From contig JAZDQA010000001.1 in assembly GCA_043797085.1 (NCBI GenBank), positions 96,001-160,000 of the forward strand: a DNA stretch of 64,000 nucleotides. Direction: 5' to 3'. Positions 41,056 to 50,819 of this stretch are shown one piece after another; positions within the stretch are counted from its first letter, which is position 1; the number at the start of each line of letters is the position of its first letter. The notes below the pieces were generated by a model, which was given only the letters and a program-made list of their open reading frames with translations, ran no database searches and had not been told where the DNA came from. The stretch is from Pseudomonadota bacterium (GTDB taxonomy: Bacteria > Campylobacterota > Campylobacteria > Campylobacterales > Sulfurimonadaceae). Made by a program: the position numbers and the translations under genes.

Positions 41056-41469
41056 TTAGCTTTCTTGCTCAATCATTTTTTTATAAATCTCGGCTGTTTC
41101 TTCAATATTTTTACGAGATGCAGGTTTTCGAGCGGCCATATATCCTTTGACAATACCGTTATTGTCGTATATAGGAGAGACTTCAGTATCAACCCAATAA
41201 AATTTGCCGTCTTTACGTAAATTTTTGACCAAACCATGCCAAATCGTTCCGGATTGGATGGTTTTCCATACTTGAGCGAAAGCTGCTTTGGGCATATCGG
41301 GATGGCGGATGATGTTGTGAGGTTGACCAACAAGTTCACTTGACGTGTAGCCGGATATTTCACAAAATCGACGATTAGCAAAAGTAATCAGCCCCTCTAA
41401 ATCCGTTTCACTGACGATGGCACGCCCTTCAAAAAAGTATTCTTCATCGACTGCAACGGGTCTTTCCAT
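41056..41469 (-). CDS. Stand-alone Aer/CetB-type PAS domain protein
   Basis: IVSETDLEGLITFAN..F..ISGY..ELVGQPHNIIRHPDMP..W..WHGLVKNLRKDG.FYWV. Confidence 0.9.
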   Translation of the reverse strand: MERPVAVDEEYFFEGRAIVSETDLEGLITFANRRFCEISGYTSSELVGQPHNIIRHPDMPKAAFAQVWKTIQSGTIWHGLVKNLRKDGKFYWVDTEVSPIYDNNGIVKGYMAARKPASRKNIEETAEIYKKMIEQES

Positions 41470-41546
41470 AATCCATCTCCTTTTAGCTAAAAAAATACTG
41501 ATAAATATAATTTAAAGAATATGGCATAAAGAAGGTAAAAGAATTC

Positions 41547-43352
41547 TTAGTTTGTCTCTGATAGGGATAAATTTTGGATAATTTTGGCATCTTTTGTTCC
41601 AATTAGTTCAATTAGAGTCTCAAGAGCCCCATTTTGTATGGCTTCAAAAGTACCATAATAATCTAATAATTTAATGATCTTTGGGAGCGTTATCCCTTTT
41701 TGAGAGAGAAATTTTGATTCTTGGTCCTGTTTTAGTTTGGTTTTTTTGTGAAAAGTAATGGCACTTCTGTGTGCCTCGTCACGTAGATGCTGAATGAATT
41801 GGAGTCGTTTGTCGTAAGGTTCCAAAGTATATGTTTCTTCTTGTGTGTGGAGAGCGTCTCGTGCTGAACCTTTGGCCCGATGTGCTTTGGCATCTAGCTT
41901 TTCTTTGCTGATGGCAATAACATCAAGAGTAGTTCCGGATGATTGAAGTAAGTCTATTGCAAGGGTACGCAAGGTTGTACCACCGTCAAGTACCCATAAG
42001 TCAGGAGGGGGATTGGTGGAAAAGCTTTCGATACGACGCGTGAGCATTTCGCGCATTTGTCCGTATTCATCTCGTTCGTGCAGATGGTATTGTCGGGTGC
42101 TGGATTTTTCAAACGCACCCTCCGTGTATACCACCATAGCTCCTACGGTAGCAACGCCACCTAAATGAGAGTTGTCGAAAGTTTCGATACGATTTGGGAA
42201 GTTTTGAAGAGAAAGAAGTTGTTGAAGGGAGAGTAATAAATCTGTATTATTGGGTTTATAGGTTTTTAGAAGCTCTTGGGCATTGGTGAGGGCGAGGGTT
42301 ACAAGCTGTTTTTTGATCCCTTTTTGGGGAGCTTCAAGAAGGGCTTTTTTTTCAAATACGATACTGAGATGATCTTCAATCCACCCTTTTTCTTCAAAAG
42401 AGTGTGCCGTTAAAATCGGAACGATAATCGGTGGCTTGAGCGTTCCATAATAATTAACCAATGCACGCTCATATCCTTCATCCAGAGAAAAATCTTCGTG
42501 TGCTGTGAAAAAGTCATGCGAACTGGAAGCTACTTTCCCATCGCGTATAAACATCCGTACGATGCATCCGCGTTCTTTGAGCGTCGCAATGGCAAAAATA
42601 TCATACGCTACATTTCGGGCGAGATCGATGCTCGAGGTAACACAGCTTTTTTCGATGCGTTCTCGTCTGTCGCGAAGCTGCATGGCCTCTTCAAAGCGCA
42701 ACTCTTCAGCATAAAACTCCATTTTTTCGGTTAGTTTTGGGAGGAGAAGATTTTTGTTTTGTATCCACAATATTGCAGTATCAACAAGGCTTCGATATGC
42801 TGCCGTATCAACGGGGAATTCACAAGGTCCGAGGCATTGGTGCATTTGATAAAAGAGACACGCTTTTTTCCCTTTTAAGCAGCTTTTTTTCTGTACCAAA
42901 GGGAGTATTTCGTACAGTGAATCGAGAATATCTCGCGCACCGGTAGAAAAAGGACCAAAATAGCGAACATTTTTACCGGTGATAATTTTTCGGGTAATGT
43001 CAAATCGGGGGTAGGTGTCGTTTAAATCAACATAAATATAAGGGTAGGTTTTATCATCGCGTAAAAGAACATTGTACCGTGGGGCAAGCTGTTTGATAAG
43101 AGAGTTTTCAAGGATCAGAGCATCGTGCTCGTTTTCAACGACGATGTAGTGCAAAGATACGGTTTCGGAGAGCATTTTTTGGATACGTAATGAGAGAGTT
43201 GATTTGGGTTGGAGTGTCGGAGTGAGGGTAAAATAGCTTTTGACCCGCTTTGAGAGATCTTTAGCTTTTCCGATGTAGAGAATTCGCCCTTTTGGGTCAA
43301 GGTACTGATAGATTCCCGCAGTGTGAGGAAGGGAGCGTATTATGTCGATCAT
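41547..43352 (-). CDS. uvrC: Excinuclease ABC subunit C
   Basis: GIY..YIGKAKDL..RV.SYF, DDKTYPY, RIETFDNSH, LDGG, RDEAHR. Confidence 0.96.
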   Translation of the reverse strand: MIDIIRSLPHTAGIYQYLDPKGRILYIGKAKDLSKRVKSYFTLTPTLQPKSTLSLRIQKMLSETVSLHYIVVENEHDALILENSLIKQLAPRYNVLLRDDKTYPYIYVDLNDTYPRFDITRKIITGKNVRYFGPFSTGARDILDSLYEILPLVQKKSCLKGKKACLFYQMHQCLGPCEFPVDTAAYRSLVDTAILWIQNKNLLLPKLTEKMEFYAEELRFEEAMQLRDRRERIEKSCVTSSIDLARNVAYDIFAIATLKERGCIVRMFIRDGKVASSSHDFFTAHEDFSLDEGYERALVNYYGTLKPPIIVPILTAHSFEEKGWIEDHLSIVFEKKALLEAPQKGIKKQLVTLALTNAQELLKTYKPNNTDLLLSLQQLLSLQNFPNRIETFDNSHLGGVATVGAMVVYTEGAFEKSSTRQYHLHERDEYGQMREMLTRRIESFSTNPPPDLWVLDGGTTLRTLAIDLLQSSGTTLDVIAISKEKLDAKAHRAKGSARDALHTQEETYTLEPYDKRLQFIQHLRDEAHRSAITFHKKTKLKQDQESKFLSQKGITLPKIIKLLDYYGTFEAIQNGALETLIELIGTKDAKIIQNLSLSETN

Positions 43353-43427
43353 TTAAACCACTTAATCAATAATTTATCGTAGCTATTATAACATCACCTA
43401 TATTGTTTTAATCATCTTAGGAATTCA

Positions 43428-43538
43428 ATGAGAACCATACTATTTTTTTTAGCCCTATTTATTTTGAACGGATGCGGATACAAAGCAGCACCGTATTATG
43501 AAAAATCCTCTACAGAAGGAAAAAGCGTTGCGTTATGA
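43428..43538 (+). CDS. Small lipoprotein, LptM/YifL-like (36 aa, not in the ORF track)
   Basis: MRTILFFLALFILNGCGYKAAPYYEKSSTEGKSVAL; AGGA RBS; lipobox LNGC followed by CGxKxPxY-like motif. Confidence 0.7.
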   Translation: MRTILFFLALFILNGCGYKAAPYYEKSSTEGKSVAL

Positions 43539-44964
43539 TGTTGTTATCATCGGTGCGGGTGTTGCAGGACTCTACGCTGCCATTGGACTTCCAAAACATT
43601 TAAAAGTTCTCGTAATCAGCAAATCGCATCCGTGGGAGTGCAATACCTACTATGCCCAAGGGGGAGTGACGACTGCGTATGATGATACGGATATACCGCT
43701 TCATGTCTCAGATACCCTTGAAGCAGGTGCGGGAATGTGCAACCGTGATGCGGTACAGTTTATGAGTGAGCAATCTCAAAAAGTGATACATGATTTGATG
43801 CAGCGGGGATTTTTATTTGATACCGACGCGCAGGGGAATCTTCTCTATACCCAAGAAGCTGCCCATTCACGTAATCGTATTTTACATGCAGGCGGGGATG
43901 CTACGGGACGTTATTTGCATCTGTTTTTACTACAGCAAAATCCTCATCCGATGCTCTCAAATGCAACGGTAACGGATTTGTTGATGGAAGACGATAAATG
44001 CTGCGGTGTGGAAGTATTCAGTGAGGGAAACAGAAAGCTCATTTATGCCAACAATGTCATTATCGCCAGTGGCGGGGTTGGATCGTTGTATGAGTACCAT
44101 ACGAATTCTCATGCAATCAGTGCAGACATCCATGGTATTTGTCTTGAAAAAGGGATTGCGTTAGAGTCTATGGAGATGATGCAGTTTCATCCGACCGTTT
44201 TTGTTTCAGGTTCGGGTGCTCGTAAGCTTTTATTAACCGAAGCATTACGAGGTGAAGGTGCATGGATTGTAGATGAAAACGGATATCGCTTTTTGTTCGA
44301 ATACGATGAGCGAGGTGAAATGGCACCGCGAGACATTGTGAGTCGGGCAATTTTTGATTACAAACAGAGAACTGCCAGCCAAGTCTATATCTCATGCGCC
44401 CATTTTGACAAAGAATATTTCCAAGGACGTTTCCCGAATATCTACAAAGCATTGCGGGATTTGGGGTATAACCTCCCCTTAGAGCGTGTTCCTATTTCTC
44501 CGGCGTTTCATTATGCTATCGGAGGAATTAAGAGCGATTTAGAGGGGCGTGTCCCCAATACCAAAGGGTTGTATGTTATCGGTGAAGCGGCATGTACCGG
44601 AGTTCATGGGGCAAATCGTCTTGCAAGTAATTCGCTTCTTGAAGGACTTGTATTTGGTAAACGTGTATCGGAAACGATCGTTGCTTCACCGGCGACACCA
44701 TGTCTTGGAAAGTTTAGCCTTTCTGCTGTCCCCTTGGAGATGGAAGAGGATAAAGAGAAAAAAGACAGACTTCGTCGCATTATGTGGGATAAAGTCTCTA
44801 TTGTTCGGACGCAAGAGGGATTGAATGAGGCGTTGCGCGTCATTGATGAGATGTTGAGTTCGCAAGTCGGGCGATTGTTGAAATTACGACTGCTTAGTGC
44901 GCGTGCTATTGTTCAATCGGCATTGAAACGGACGGAATCAATCGGGGTGCACTATATTGCTTAA
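43528..44964 (+). CDS. nadB: L-aspartate oxidase
   Basis: GAGVAG, YAQGG, EAAHSRNRILH, QFHPT, EALRGEG, HGANRLASNSLLE; start probably TTG 43528 after GAAGGA. Confidence 0.94.
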   Translation: MRYDVVIIGAGVAGLYAAIGLPKHLKVLVISKSHPWECNTYYAQGGVTTAYDDTDIPLHVSDTLEAGAGMCNRDAVQFMSEQSQKVIHDLMQRGFLFDTDAQGNLLYTQEAAHSRNRILHAGGDATGRYLHLFLLQQNPHPMLSNATVTDLLMEDDKCCGVEVFSEGNRKLIYANNVIIASGGVGSLYEYHTNSHAISADIHGICLEKGIALESMEMMQFHPTVFVSGSGARKLLLTEALRGEGAWIVDENGYRFLFEYDERGEMAPRDIVSRAIFDYKQRTASQVYISCAHFDKEYFQGRFPNIYKALRDLGYNLPLERVPISPAFHYAIGGIKSDLEGRVPNTKGLYVIGEAACTGVHGANRLASNSLLEGLVFGKRVSETIVASPATPCLGKFSLSAVPLEMEEDKEKKDRLRRIMWDKVSIVRTQEGLNEALRVIDEMLSSQVGRLLKLRLLSARAIVQSALKRTESIGVHYIA

Positions 44965-44976
44965 GGGATTAAAAAA

Positions 44977-46302
44977 ATGACAACTACCATTGCGCAGCAC
45001 GGGGTCGATTTAGCGGTTCATCCGTTTGGATGGCTTTTACTGGCGATTTTCATCATAGGATATTATTTTATCGCGACGGAAGATAAATATCATCTTGATA
45101 AAGCGAAGCCCGCTTTGTTTATCGGGACGTTTATGTTTATACTTATCGGAGGATTTTATGCGTTTAACGGTTTGAATTTTCAGCCGTTTGAAACAGAAAT
45201 TTCTCATCTGATTTTAGAGATTGCTGAGATATTCTTTTTCTTATTTGTTGCGATGACTTTTATCGAGGCATTGATCGAGCGAGGGGTATTTGATGCTCTC
45301 AAATCGAAGCTGATTGCCAAAGGGTACAGTTATCGAGAGATTTTTTGGATTACGGGAGTTTTGGCATTTTTCATCTCTCCCATAGCAGACAATCTTACTA
45401 CTGCACTTATCCTCTCGACGGTGTTGTTGACGATTGAAAAAAAGAACAAAGCTTTTTTGGTTCCCAGTGCCATCAACGTCGTTGTCGCAGCCAACGCGGG
45501 AGGGGCTTGGAGCCCGTTTGGAGACATTACAACCTTGATGGTATGGACGGCAGAAAAAGGGATTTTTACCGATTTCCTCTATCTCTTTCCGGCGGCATTT
45601 ATGGGATGGTTAATAACCGCATATCTCCTTAGCCATTACGTCCCTGATTTGGATCCGTTTAAAGACGGAGATCCTGAAACGGCTGAGAAGATAGAGATTC
45701 TTAAAGGGGGGAAAGTGATTATCGCTTTGGGAGCTGCGACGATTGCTTTGGCTGTTATTTGCAAGCAGGTGATGCACTTGCCCCCGATGTGGGGGATGCT
45801 ATTTGGACTCTCGCTTTTGCAACTGTACATGTATGCACTCAAAAAAAAGCATAACCAAGATGTTGACATCTTTCGCGCTATGAGTAAAATAGAGAACAAT
45901 ACATTGCTCTTTTTCTTCGGTATTTTAGCGGCGGTCGGGGCTCTTCATTTTGCCGGATTTTTAGGACATGCGGCGAAGCTGTACGAACTTTTTGATCCGA
46001 CGATCGTCAATATCGGTATTGGATTCCTCTCTGCTATCGTGGATAACGTTCCGGTAATGTCGGCAGTGCTCAAAGCCAATCCCTCTATCGATCATGCCCA
46101 ATGGATGCTGGTTACGATGACGGCGGGTATCGGCGGATCGCTGATCAGCTTCGGAAGTGCGGCAGGTGTTGGCGTGATGGGAAAAATGCACGGGATTTAC
46201 ACGTTTGCTTCGCATATTAAGCTTGCATGGACGGTGTTGGTAGGCTACATTGTCTCGGTCGCAGTGTGGTATTTCCAATTTTTGATTTTAGGATGGTATT
46301 AA
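44977..46302 (+). CDS. nhaD: Na+/H+ antiporter NhaD (copy 1)
   Basis: ISPIADNLTTAL, AANAGGAWSPFGDITTLM, SAIVDNVPV, GGSLISFGSAAGV. Confidence 0.92.
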   Translation: MTTTIAQHGVDLAVHPFGWLLLAIFIIGYYFIATEDKYHLDKAKPALFIGTFMFILIGGFYAFNGLNFQPFETEISHLILEIAEIFFFLFVAMTFIEALIERGVFDALKSKLIAKGYSYREIFWITGVLAFFISPIADNLTTALILSTVLLTIEKKNKAFLVPSAINVVVAANAGGAWSPFGDITTLMVWTAEKGIFTDFLYLFPAAFMGWLITAYLLSHYVPDLDPFKDGDPETAEKIEILKGGKVIIALGAATIALAVICKQVMHLPPMWGMLFGLSLLQLYMYALKKKHNQDVDIFRAMSKIENNTLLFFFGILAAVGALHFAGFLGHAAKLYELFDPTIVNIGIGFLSAIVDNVPVMSAVLKANPSIDHAQWMLVTMTAGIGGSLISFGSAAGVGVMGKMHGIYTFASHIKLAWTVLVGYIVSVAVWYFQFLILGWY

Positions 46303-46333
46303 AGAAATCCGCTAGGTGCGTAAGGTCAGTTAT

Positions 46334-46342
46334 TGCTATAAT
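46334..46342 (+). promoter_or_regulatory. Extended -10 promoter element
   Basis: TGCTATAAT about 35 nt upstream of TTG 46376. Confidence 0.55.
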
Positions 46343-46375
46343 TGCATTCTTAACAATTAAAAATAAAGGGAATCC

Positions 46376-47128
46376 TTGCACTTTTTTCTCCTCCTTACGC
46401 TCTTTTTTTCATCGTCACTTTTTGCACTTATCAGTATTGCACCCGTAGACATAGGCTCCAAAAGGGGCTTCAGCGGCAATCTTTCAGGATCGCTGGGCTC
46501 TAAAAGCGGTAATACCAATAAAGATGACTACTCTCTGGGCTTGCGATTGCAGTATGATGAAGGAGAGGATTACCTGACTTGGGGGACGCTTACTTATAAT
46601 TATGGCGAATCTGAGGGGATAAAAAATGAAGATAGAACGTATGCTCACTTACGTGCTATTCACGCTTTGTATGAAAAAGATTGGTGTGGTGAACTCTTTA
46701 TTCAATCTGAACAAGATGAGTTTAAAGACATCAACGAACGCTCTCTTGTCGGTGCAAATGTCCGATGGCGCTTTTTTAACTCCGAAAATTTAGTCAAAGG
46801 ATACGCCGGATTAGGTGTGTTGGCTGAAAAGATCGACTATTCTCATCCCCTTGTCAATCCTCACGAAAATAATACTCGACTCAACAGTTATATTGCCTAT
46901 ACTAAAACTTTTATGGCAACATCAAAGCTTAGTTATGTTGGCTACTATCAGCCTAAATTGAGTGATAATTCGGATTATATCACGGCGCATGATTTGGAAT
47001 TGATCGTGCCGATTTATGAAAAACTCTATTTAAGTGTGAGTGCTAAATACACTTATGACAGCCACCCGCCTCTTGGGATTGAAAAACAAGATACCATGTA
47101 TAAGAGTGCTCTTTCGTGGGAGTTTTGA
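46376..47128 (+). CDS. DUF481 (YdiY-like) outer-membrane beta-barrel
   Basis: Signal peptide; SGNT motif; YDSHPP; C-terminal aromatic LSWEF. Confidence 0.8.
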   Translation: MHFFLLLTLFFSSSLFALISIAPVDIGSKRGFSGNLSGSLGSKSGNTNKDDYSLGLRLQYDEGEDYLTWGTLTYNYGESEGIKNEDRTYAHLRAIHALYEKDWCGELFIQSEQDEFKDINERSLVGANVRWRFFNSENLVKGYAGLGVLAEKIDYSHPLVNPHENNTRLNSYIAYTKTFMATSKLSYVGYYQPKLSDNSDYITAHDLELIVPIYEKLYLSVSAKYTYDSHPPLGIEKQDTMYKSALSWEF

Positions 47129-47166
47129 TCATCCAGAGGAGGAATTGAATAACATTTTAGAGAGTA

Positions 47167-47556
47167 TCATTGCAAAAGAACTCTGCATACTTTGATGACT
47201 TCCAGAGAAAGGACGAGTATCCAAACAAAAATAGTGATTCCCGCTGCGGCAGCAGAAATATCTTTAATGATGCGAATTTTTTCATTAGACTTGGTTTCCA
47301 TGAAGTCGCAAACCGCTTCAATCGCAGTGTTGAATACTTCTGCTGAAAGCATAACTCCTGTCGCGAGTATAATTAAGGAAGCGTCAACCCATGCATTAAA
47401 AATAAAAACCGGGATGAGGATGAGAACCGATATAACGATTTTATACATAACACTAAAATCGTACAGTACCGCAAAACGTAACCCTGAAAGGATGATTTTA
47501 AATTTTTGAAAAGGGTGATATCCATGCTCACCTGTGTCTAAAAATTTATTTTTCAT
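47167..47556 (-). CDS. dgkA: Diacylglycerol/undecaprenol kinase family
   Basis: AEVFNTAIEAVCD and KDISAAA motifs; 3 TM helices; start ATG 47556. Confidence 0.85.
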   Translation of the reverse strand: MKNKFLDTGEHGYHPFQKFKIILSGLRFAVLYDFSVMYKIVISVLILIPVFIFNAWVDASLIILATGVMLSAEVFNTAIEAVCDFMETKSNEKIRIIKDISAAAAGITIFVWILVLSLEVIKVCRVLLQ

Positions 47557-48194
47557 GTGAATACTCCTGATTTTACTACCAATATAGCAATACAGCTCCA
47601 ACTAATCGCAATGAGACTACCGGCAAGGACATCCGTTGGGAAATGCACTTGCAAATACATGCGAGAGAGAGCAACTCCCAAGGCTATGAAGACCAATATT
47701 CCGCTTAACACCGTGCCAAACAGCGAAGGACCGTTATAAACAATAAGCCAGAGTAGAAGGGTAAATACCACGATTTGAGCGGTGTGGGCACTGGGAAAGG
47801 AGGGGTCGATCGGCAATTCGTTGAGAGAAGGAAAAAAATGAGGCCGTTTTCGTTCGAATTCATATTTGAGTGCATAGGTTGTCAGAACCGTCCCCCAAAA
47901 TCCGATTCCTAAGAGTTTTTCAAAGTTTTCAAAATAGCCTGAAAGAAACAGTGTCAGGATAATATAAAGCGGTAATAAGACCCACAAAGAACCCAGCCAT
48001 GTAATACTCGAAAAGAAGTGATCCAGTATCGGATGTTTGATTTTATGAAACCAGTTTAGCACGGCATGATCGAATTGTACCAGATGACCGTTGCGCATCA
48101 AAAAAGTCAAAGCGACAAAGGCACTTATCGAAACAAGAAGAATTACGGTGAACAGCCATCGCTCATCCGGAGTAATTTTTTCATTAAATTGCAT
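47553..48194 (-). CDS. PAP2-family phosphatase
   Basis: K..FERKRP, SFPSAH, SRMYLQVHFPTDV. Confidence 0.92.
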   Translation of the reverse strand: MQFNEKITPDERWLFTVILLVSISAFVALTFLMRNGHLVQFDHAVLNWFHKIKHPILDHFFSSITWLGSLWVLLPLYIILTLFLSGYFENFEKLLGIGFWGTVLTTYALKYEFERKRPHFFPSLNELPIDPSFPSAHTAQIVVFTLLLWLIVYNGPSLFGTVLSGILVFIALGVALSRMYLQVHFPTDVLAGSLIAISWSCIAILVVKSGVFT

Positions 48195-48478
48195 TTTATC
48201 ACCTTCATTCCATAAGATTAATTCACGATTAGTTTAACATTATTTGATTTTGTTCACTTTTTTAATTCAATCAGAAGGTGATTTTTAAAATTTCGTATAA
48301 ACATTTTAGCGTCTCTTTGAATAATAGAGCTTATGAATTAGAGAGATATACGCATTTTTATAGAGGCGAATAGGGGTGAAATTTGGTACATTTACTCTTT
48401 TCCACTATAGTGTAAACGTTTAGTTAACCATATATTGTTCAATATTCAGAGCATAAAATTGATAAAAAGGATAAAGTT

Positions 48479-49804
48479 ATGACTACACCAGTAGCGTTAG
48501 ACGGCATTGATTTGTCAACGCATCCCTTCGGGTGGATGCTTCTTGCGATTTTTGTTATCGGGTATTATTTTATTGCCAGAGAAGACAAATACCATCTTGA
48601 TAAATCGAAACCGGCCCTATTTATCGGAACGTTTATGTTTATCCTCATTGGAGGATTTTATGCGTTTTATGATCTAAATTTTATCCCGTTTAAAAGAGAA
48701 ATTACCCATTTAGTTTATGAAATAGCTGAAATATTCTTTTTCTTATTTGTTGCCATGACGTTTGTCGAAGCGCTTATCGAGAGAGGAGTCTTTAATGCGC
48801 TCAAAGGTAAGCTGATTGCCAAAGGTTACAGCTATCGACAACTCTTTTGGATTACCGGATTTTTAGCGTTTTTTATCTCACCAATCGCTGACAATCTGAC
48901 AACAGCCCTTATTCTTTCCACCGTTTTAGTGACGATTGAGCAAAAAAACAAAACTTTTTTAGTTCCCAGTGCAATCAACGTGGTCGTTGCTGCGAATGCG
49001 GGTGGTGCTTGGAGTCCGTTTGGGGATATTACAACTCTCATGGCATGGACAGCTCAAAAAGGGCAATTTGCTGATTTTCTTTATCTTTTTCCGGCTGCAT
49101 TTATCGGATGGATGGTTACGGCTTATCTGCTCGTGCACTATGTTCCTGATTTAGATCCGAATAAAGAGGGTGATCCAGAGGTTGCTGAAAAAATTAAGAT
49201 TCTCAAAGGCGGAAAAGTTATTATCGCTATTGGAATTGCGACTATTGCTATGTCGGTTGTCGCAAAACAGGTAATGCAGTTGCCACCAATGTGGGGAATG
49301 CTTTTTGGACTCTCTGTCTTGCAGTTATACACGTATCGATTGAAGCGGCGACACAAGCAGGATGTCAATATTTTTAAATCCATCAGTAAAGTTGAAAACA
49401 ATACCCTTCTTTTCTTTTTTGGTATTTTAGCGGCGGTAGGAGCTTTGTATTTTGCTGGATTTTTAGGATATATCACACAATTATATGATACATACAATCC
49501 GATTTATGTCAATATTGGAATCGGATTCATATCGGCGATTGTTGATAATGTTCCGGTTATGTCTGCTGTCTTAAAATCAAATCCGCCTATCGATCATGCC
49601 CAATGGATGCTGGTGACGTTAACCGCAGGTGTCGGAGGCTCTCTTATCAGTTTTGGGAGTGCAGCAGGTGTTGGCGTGATGGGTAAAATGCATGGTATCT
49701 ATACGTTTTCTTCGCACATGAAATTGGCGTGGACGGTGTTGGTGGGGTATATCGTTTCTATTAGTGTATGGTATCTCCAATTTATGGTTTTGGAAATGTA
49801 TTAA
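48479..49804 (+). CDS. nhaD: Na+/H+ antiporter NhaD (copy 2)
   Basis: Same motifs and same length (441 aa) as copy 1. Confidence 0.92.
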   Translation: MTTPVALDGIDLSTHPFGWMLLAIFVIGYYFIAREDKYHLDKSKPALFIGTFMFILIGGFYAFYDLNFIPFKREITHLVYEIAEIFFFLFVAMTFVEALIERGVFNALKGKLIAKGYSYRQLFWITGFLAFFISPIADNLTTALILSTVLVTIEQKNKTFLVPSAINVVVAANAGGAWSPFGDITTLMAWTAQKGQFADFLYLFPAAFIGWMVTAYLLVHYVPDLDPNKEGDPEVAEKIKILKGGKVIIAIGIATIAMSVVAKQVMQLPPMWGMLFGLSVLQLYTYRLKRRHKQDVNIFKSISKVENNTLLFFFGILAAVGALYFAGFLGYITQLYDTYNPIYVNIGIGFISAIVDNVPVMSAVLKSNPPIDHAQWMLVTLTAGVGGSLISFGSAAGVGVMGKMHGIYTFSSHMKLAWTVLVGYIVSISVWYLQFMVLEMY

Positions 49805-49832
49805 AAAGAAAATTAATTTTTAGAGGAAAATA

Positions 49833-50600
49833 ATGAAACGTATCGTAATCAAAGTAGGCACTGCTGTCTTGACTGAAAATAACAACATTGCCAAAGAGCG
49901 GATGATGAATTTGGTGACATTAATTGCAAATCTAAAAAAAATATTCGACGTCATATTGGTAACCTCAGGTGCGGTAGCTGCAGGGTATTCGGCACTAAAA
50001 CTTGATAAAAGCATGCAAATAGGGAGAAAAGCATTGGCAGCAGCAGGTCAGCCTATTTTGATGTCAAGCTATAAGCGTAAGTTTGGTATTTATGATATTG
50101 ATACAGCGCAGATTCTCCTGACAGAAGATGATTTCGATTCACGAAAGCGCACTATTATGTTTCAAGAGATCATTAATACGCATTTAAACTATGATATTTT
50201 GCCTATTATCAATGAAAATGATATTACCTCTACCCCGGAGCAATCCTTTGGGGATAACGATCAGTTATCTGCTCATGTTGCTTATGCAACTAATGCCGAT
50301 TTGTTAGTCATCCTTAGTGATATTGACGGGTACTATGATAAAAATCCAAGAGAATTTGTGGATGCAAAAATTATAAAAGAGATCACAGAAATCCCAGAAG
50401 AAGCTTTAGCGGATGATTCATCAGCAAACAATGCATTTGCAACAGGTGGGATTGTTACCAAACTCAAAGCCGCTGATTTTTTGATGAAACGAGGCAAGAA
50501 AATGTTTTTGTGCAATGGATTTGATCTAAGTGCTGCAGAAACCTATTTATTTAGAGGTGAGCATACATTAGGGACAGTATTCAAACCAAAAAATAAATAA
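49833..50600 (+). CDS. proB: Glutamate 5-kinase (no PUA domain)
   Basis: RIVIKVGT, VTSGAVAAG, INEND, FGDNDQLSA, TGGIVTKL. Confidence 0.95.
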   Translation: MKRIVIKVGTAVLTENNNIAKERMMNLVTLIANLKKIFDVILVTSGAVAAGYSALKLDKSMQIGRKALAAAGQPILMSSYKRKFGIYDIDTAQILLTEDDFDSRKRTIMFQEIINTHLNYDILPIINENDITSTPEQSFGDNDQLSAHVAYATNADLLVILSDIDGYYDKNPREFVDAKIIKEITEIPEEALADDSSANNAFATGGIVTKLKAADFLMKRGKKMFLCNGFDLSAAETYLFRGEHTLGTVFKPKNK

Positions 50601-50819
50601 CATTTATCTCATACTGCATAAAGAGGAATGACTTTTCAGCGTGTGTCATTATGGAAGCGTGTTTTACGAATGATGCAAGGATTATAAATATATAAAGAGA
50701 AATAGAGGGACAGTTAAAGTAAGTACCCATATCCAAAATTAAACTACGATTAGGTATCATTTCATCCATACACAGGGTTTTTATTTCCCTTCAAAACATC
50801 TCTGTCCAAAGGCTCACCC

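Noticed and set aside
50601..50819. Possible gene remnant in the proB-guaA spacer
   Set aside because: Only vague peptide resemblance across several frames and stops; cannot be supported without a search
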